A stretch of DNA of 64,000 nucleotides from Octopus sinensis (lineage: Eukaryota). Numbering within the stretch: the first letter of the stretch is position 1; each line of letters opens with the position of its first letter. The notes below the pieces were generated by a model. It saw only the letters and a list, made by a program, of their open reading frames with translations, was not told the origin of the DNA and searched no databases. Shown here one piece after another: positions 62,754-64,000 of this stretch. The stretch spans positions 1,054,001 through 1,118,000 of the forward strand of contig NC_043003.1 in the NCBI RefSeq assembly GCF_006345805.1, in the 5' to 3' direction. A program made the position numbers and the translations under genes.

Positions 62754-63679
62754 CATACATATACATTCATGCATTCATTATTTTATCTTCTAAAGAGAGT
62801 ACTATGTTGTTTAAAACCCTAGGTCAGCCTCGACTCCGCAAGATAATGATCAAAAGGTTTCTTAAGAATGAGCGTCGTCCTCTTTCTCACTCAGAAGATT
62901 ATCTCGGACTACATTAACCAATTTCTCTTTCTTTCTGTTTACGACAGTAGCCTGTGATTTCAATGAAGTTGGTTCGTGAGAATTATGCATTCAGTATGTG
63001 AACTGGAACTGTAATGTTCAAGATAAAGATAAATTTGAACATCTTGAGAAAAATATGACAGGCGTTAAATGCGTACAAATACAACAAAAGCACAGACAAA
63101 GGAAAATATGAGCAAAAAGACTCGAACGAGACCGGTGTTGGTCTGCGCAGGTAAGACTTGTAACTTGTATTAGTTAATAAAATCGATTAGAAGAGTAAAA
63201 AGCGAGCCTACCGATGAGAGTGGGGAATCCGACGTTTCGGACGGATTTTTTTCTTCAGAGGAAAGTTGACAGGAGAACTCTGCTGTGTCTCATTAACTTC
63301 TTTCCTTTTTGGTCATCTGACAGTGGTCATGCTGGTGCACCGCCTTTATTCGAACAAATAGACCCCAGGACTTATTCTTTGTAAGCTCATTACTTATTCT
63401 GTCGGGCTCTTTTGCTGACCGGTAAGTTACGAGGACGTAAACACGCCAGTACGCAATTGGTATTTAATTTATCGACCTTGAAAGGATGAAAGGTAAAGCC
63501 AACCTCGGCGGAAATTGAACTCAGAACATAAAGACAAACGAAATACCGCTAAGCATTTCACTCAGCGTGCTAACGTTTCTGCCAGTTCACCGCCTTATGA
63601 CCTGTAGTGCTGACAGGGAAAGTGATGTGAGGGCAAATCGAAGTGAAGTTGATACCCCCGTCAACGATGCTATCTCTGA

Positions 63680-64000
63680 TGCCCATTATTCTGCTTGTTC
63701 CCCAACTCCCGGTTCGGCCAGGCCCTTTTTGACGTGGCTGAAGATTGTTTTCTATCGCAACATGTTGAATATCCGACAAGGCATCGGTCTGGGCAGCAGC
63801 CATCTATGCTAGATCTGGTATTCTCCCGCTATCCAAGATCAGTGTCAGACGTATCTGTGTGCGCCCCTCTTGCCAAGAGTGATCATGCGGTCCTGAAGTT
63901 CGTCATGCACACAACTTTTTCCACGCCCGCGAGTACTTCGCTGCCACGTAGAGTCTTCTCTGCAATTAATCTTGAAATTCTAACCGAGGCTTCCGCGCTT
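63680..64000 (+). mobile_element. CR1/L2-type LINE ORF2: apurinic endonuclease C-terminus, open to the window edge
   Basis: QALFDVAEDCFLSQHVEYPTRHRSGQQPSMLDLVFS...PLAKSDHAVLKF. No stop from 63680 to 64000. Not in the supplied ORF track. Confidence 0.85.

Noticed and set aside
62949-63150. Plus-strand exon candidate ending CAG|GTAAGA
   Set aside because: All frames are closed from the plausible acceptors, with no recognisable protein or partner exon.
63225-63262. Hammerhead-like CTGAAGA...GAAACGTC on the minus strand
   Set aside because: Stem II does not pair. At most a decayed relic.
56035-64000. Signal-peptide exon of the Ly6 gene
   Set aside because: Minus-strand donor-like sites checked (about 56570, 59165, 62645) have no hydrophobic ATG-initiated frame ending in phase 1. 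The exon is probably beyond the window or was missed.

Overview
AT-rich, microsatellite-saturated animal genomic DNA. The repeat repertoire (CORE-type tRNA-derived SINEs, Dong/R4, CR1/L2 and RTE LINEs, Penelope-like elements, Helitrons, mariners) points to an octopus; this is an inference. The only host coding sequence I can support is two minus-strand exons, 56034-55867 and 29045-28825, joined in phase 1 across a 26.8-kb intron. They encode a complete 10-cysteine Ly6/uPAR (three-finger) domain plus a GPI-anchor-type tail. The signal-peptide exon was not found. Nearly everything else is transposon debris, often nested, plus simple repeats that generate most of the spurious ORFs in the track. 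A 100-N gap (48947-49046) is flanked by a ~1.76-kb near-identical duplication that is probably an assembly artefact. The most unusual signals are: (i) the orphan three-finger/GPI gene, whose symmetric exon is bracketed by inverted SINEs; (ii) about ten small hammerhead-ribozyme motifs from several repeat families, several with the non-canonical core CCGACGA, one as a sense/antisense pair; (iii) a covarying 3' stem-loop shared by SINEs and LINEs; (iv) a long perfect palindrome fused to a tandem Helitron. Exon, ribozyme, TSD and Helitron-end coordinates were read base by base. Other repeat boundaries are approximate (about +/-20 nt). No database searches were run.
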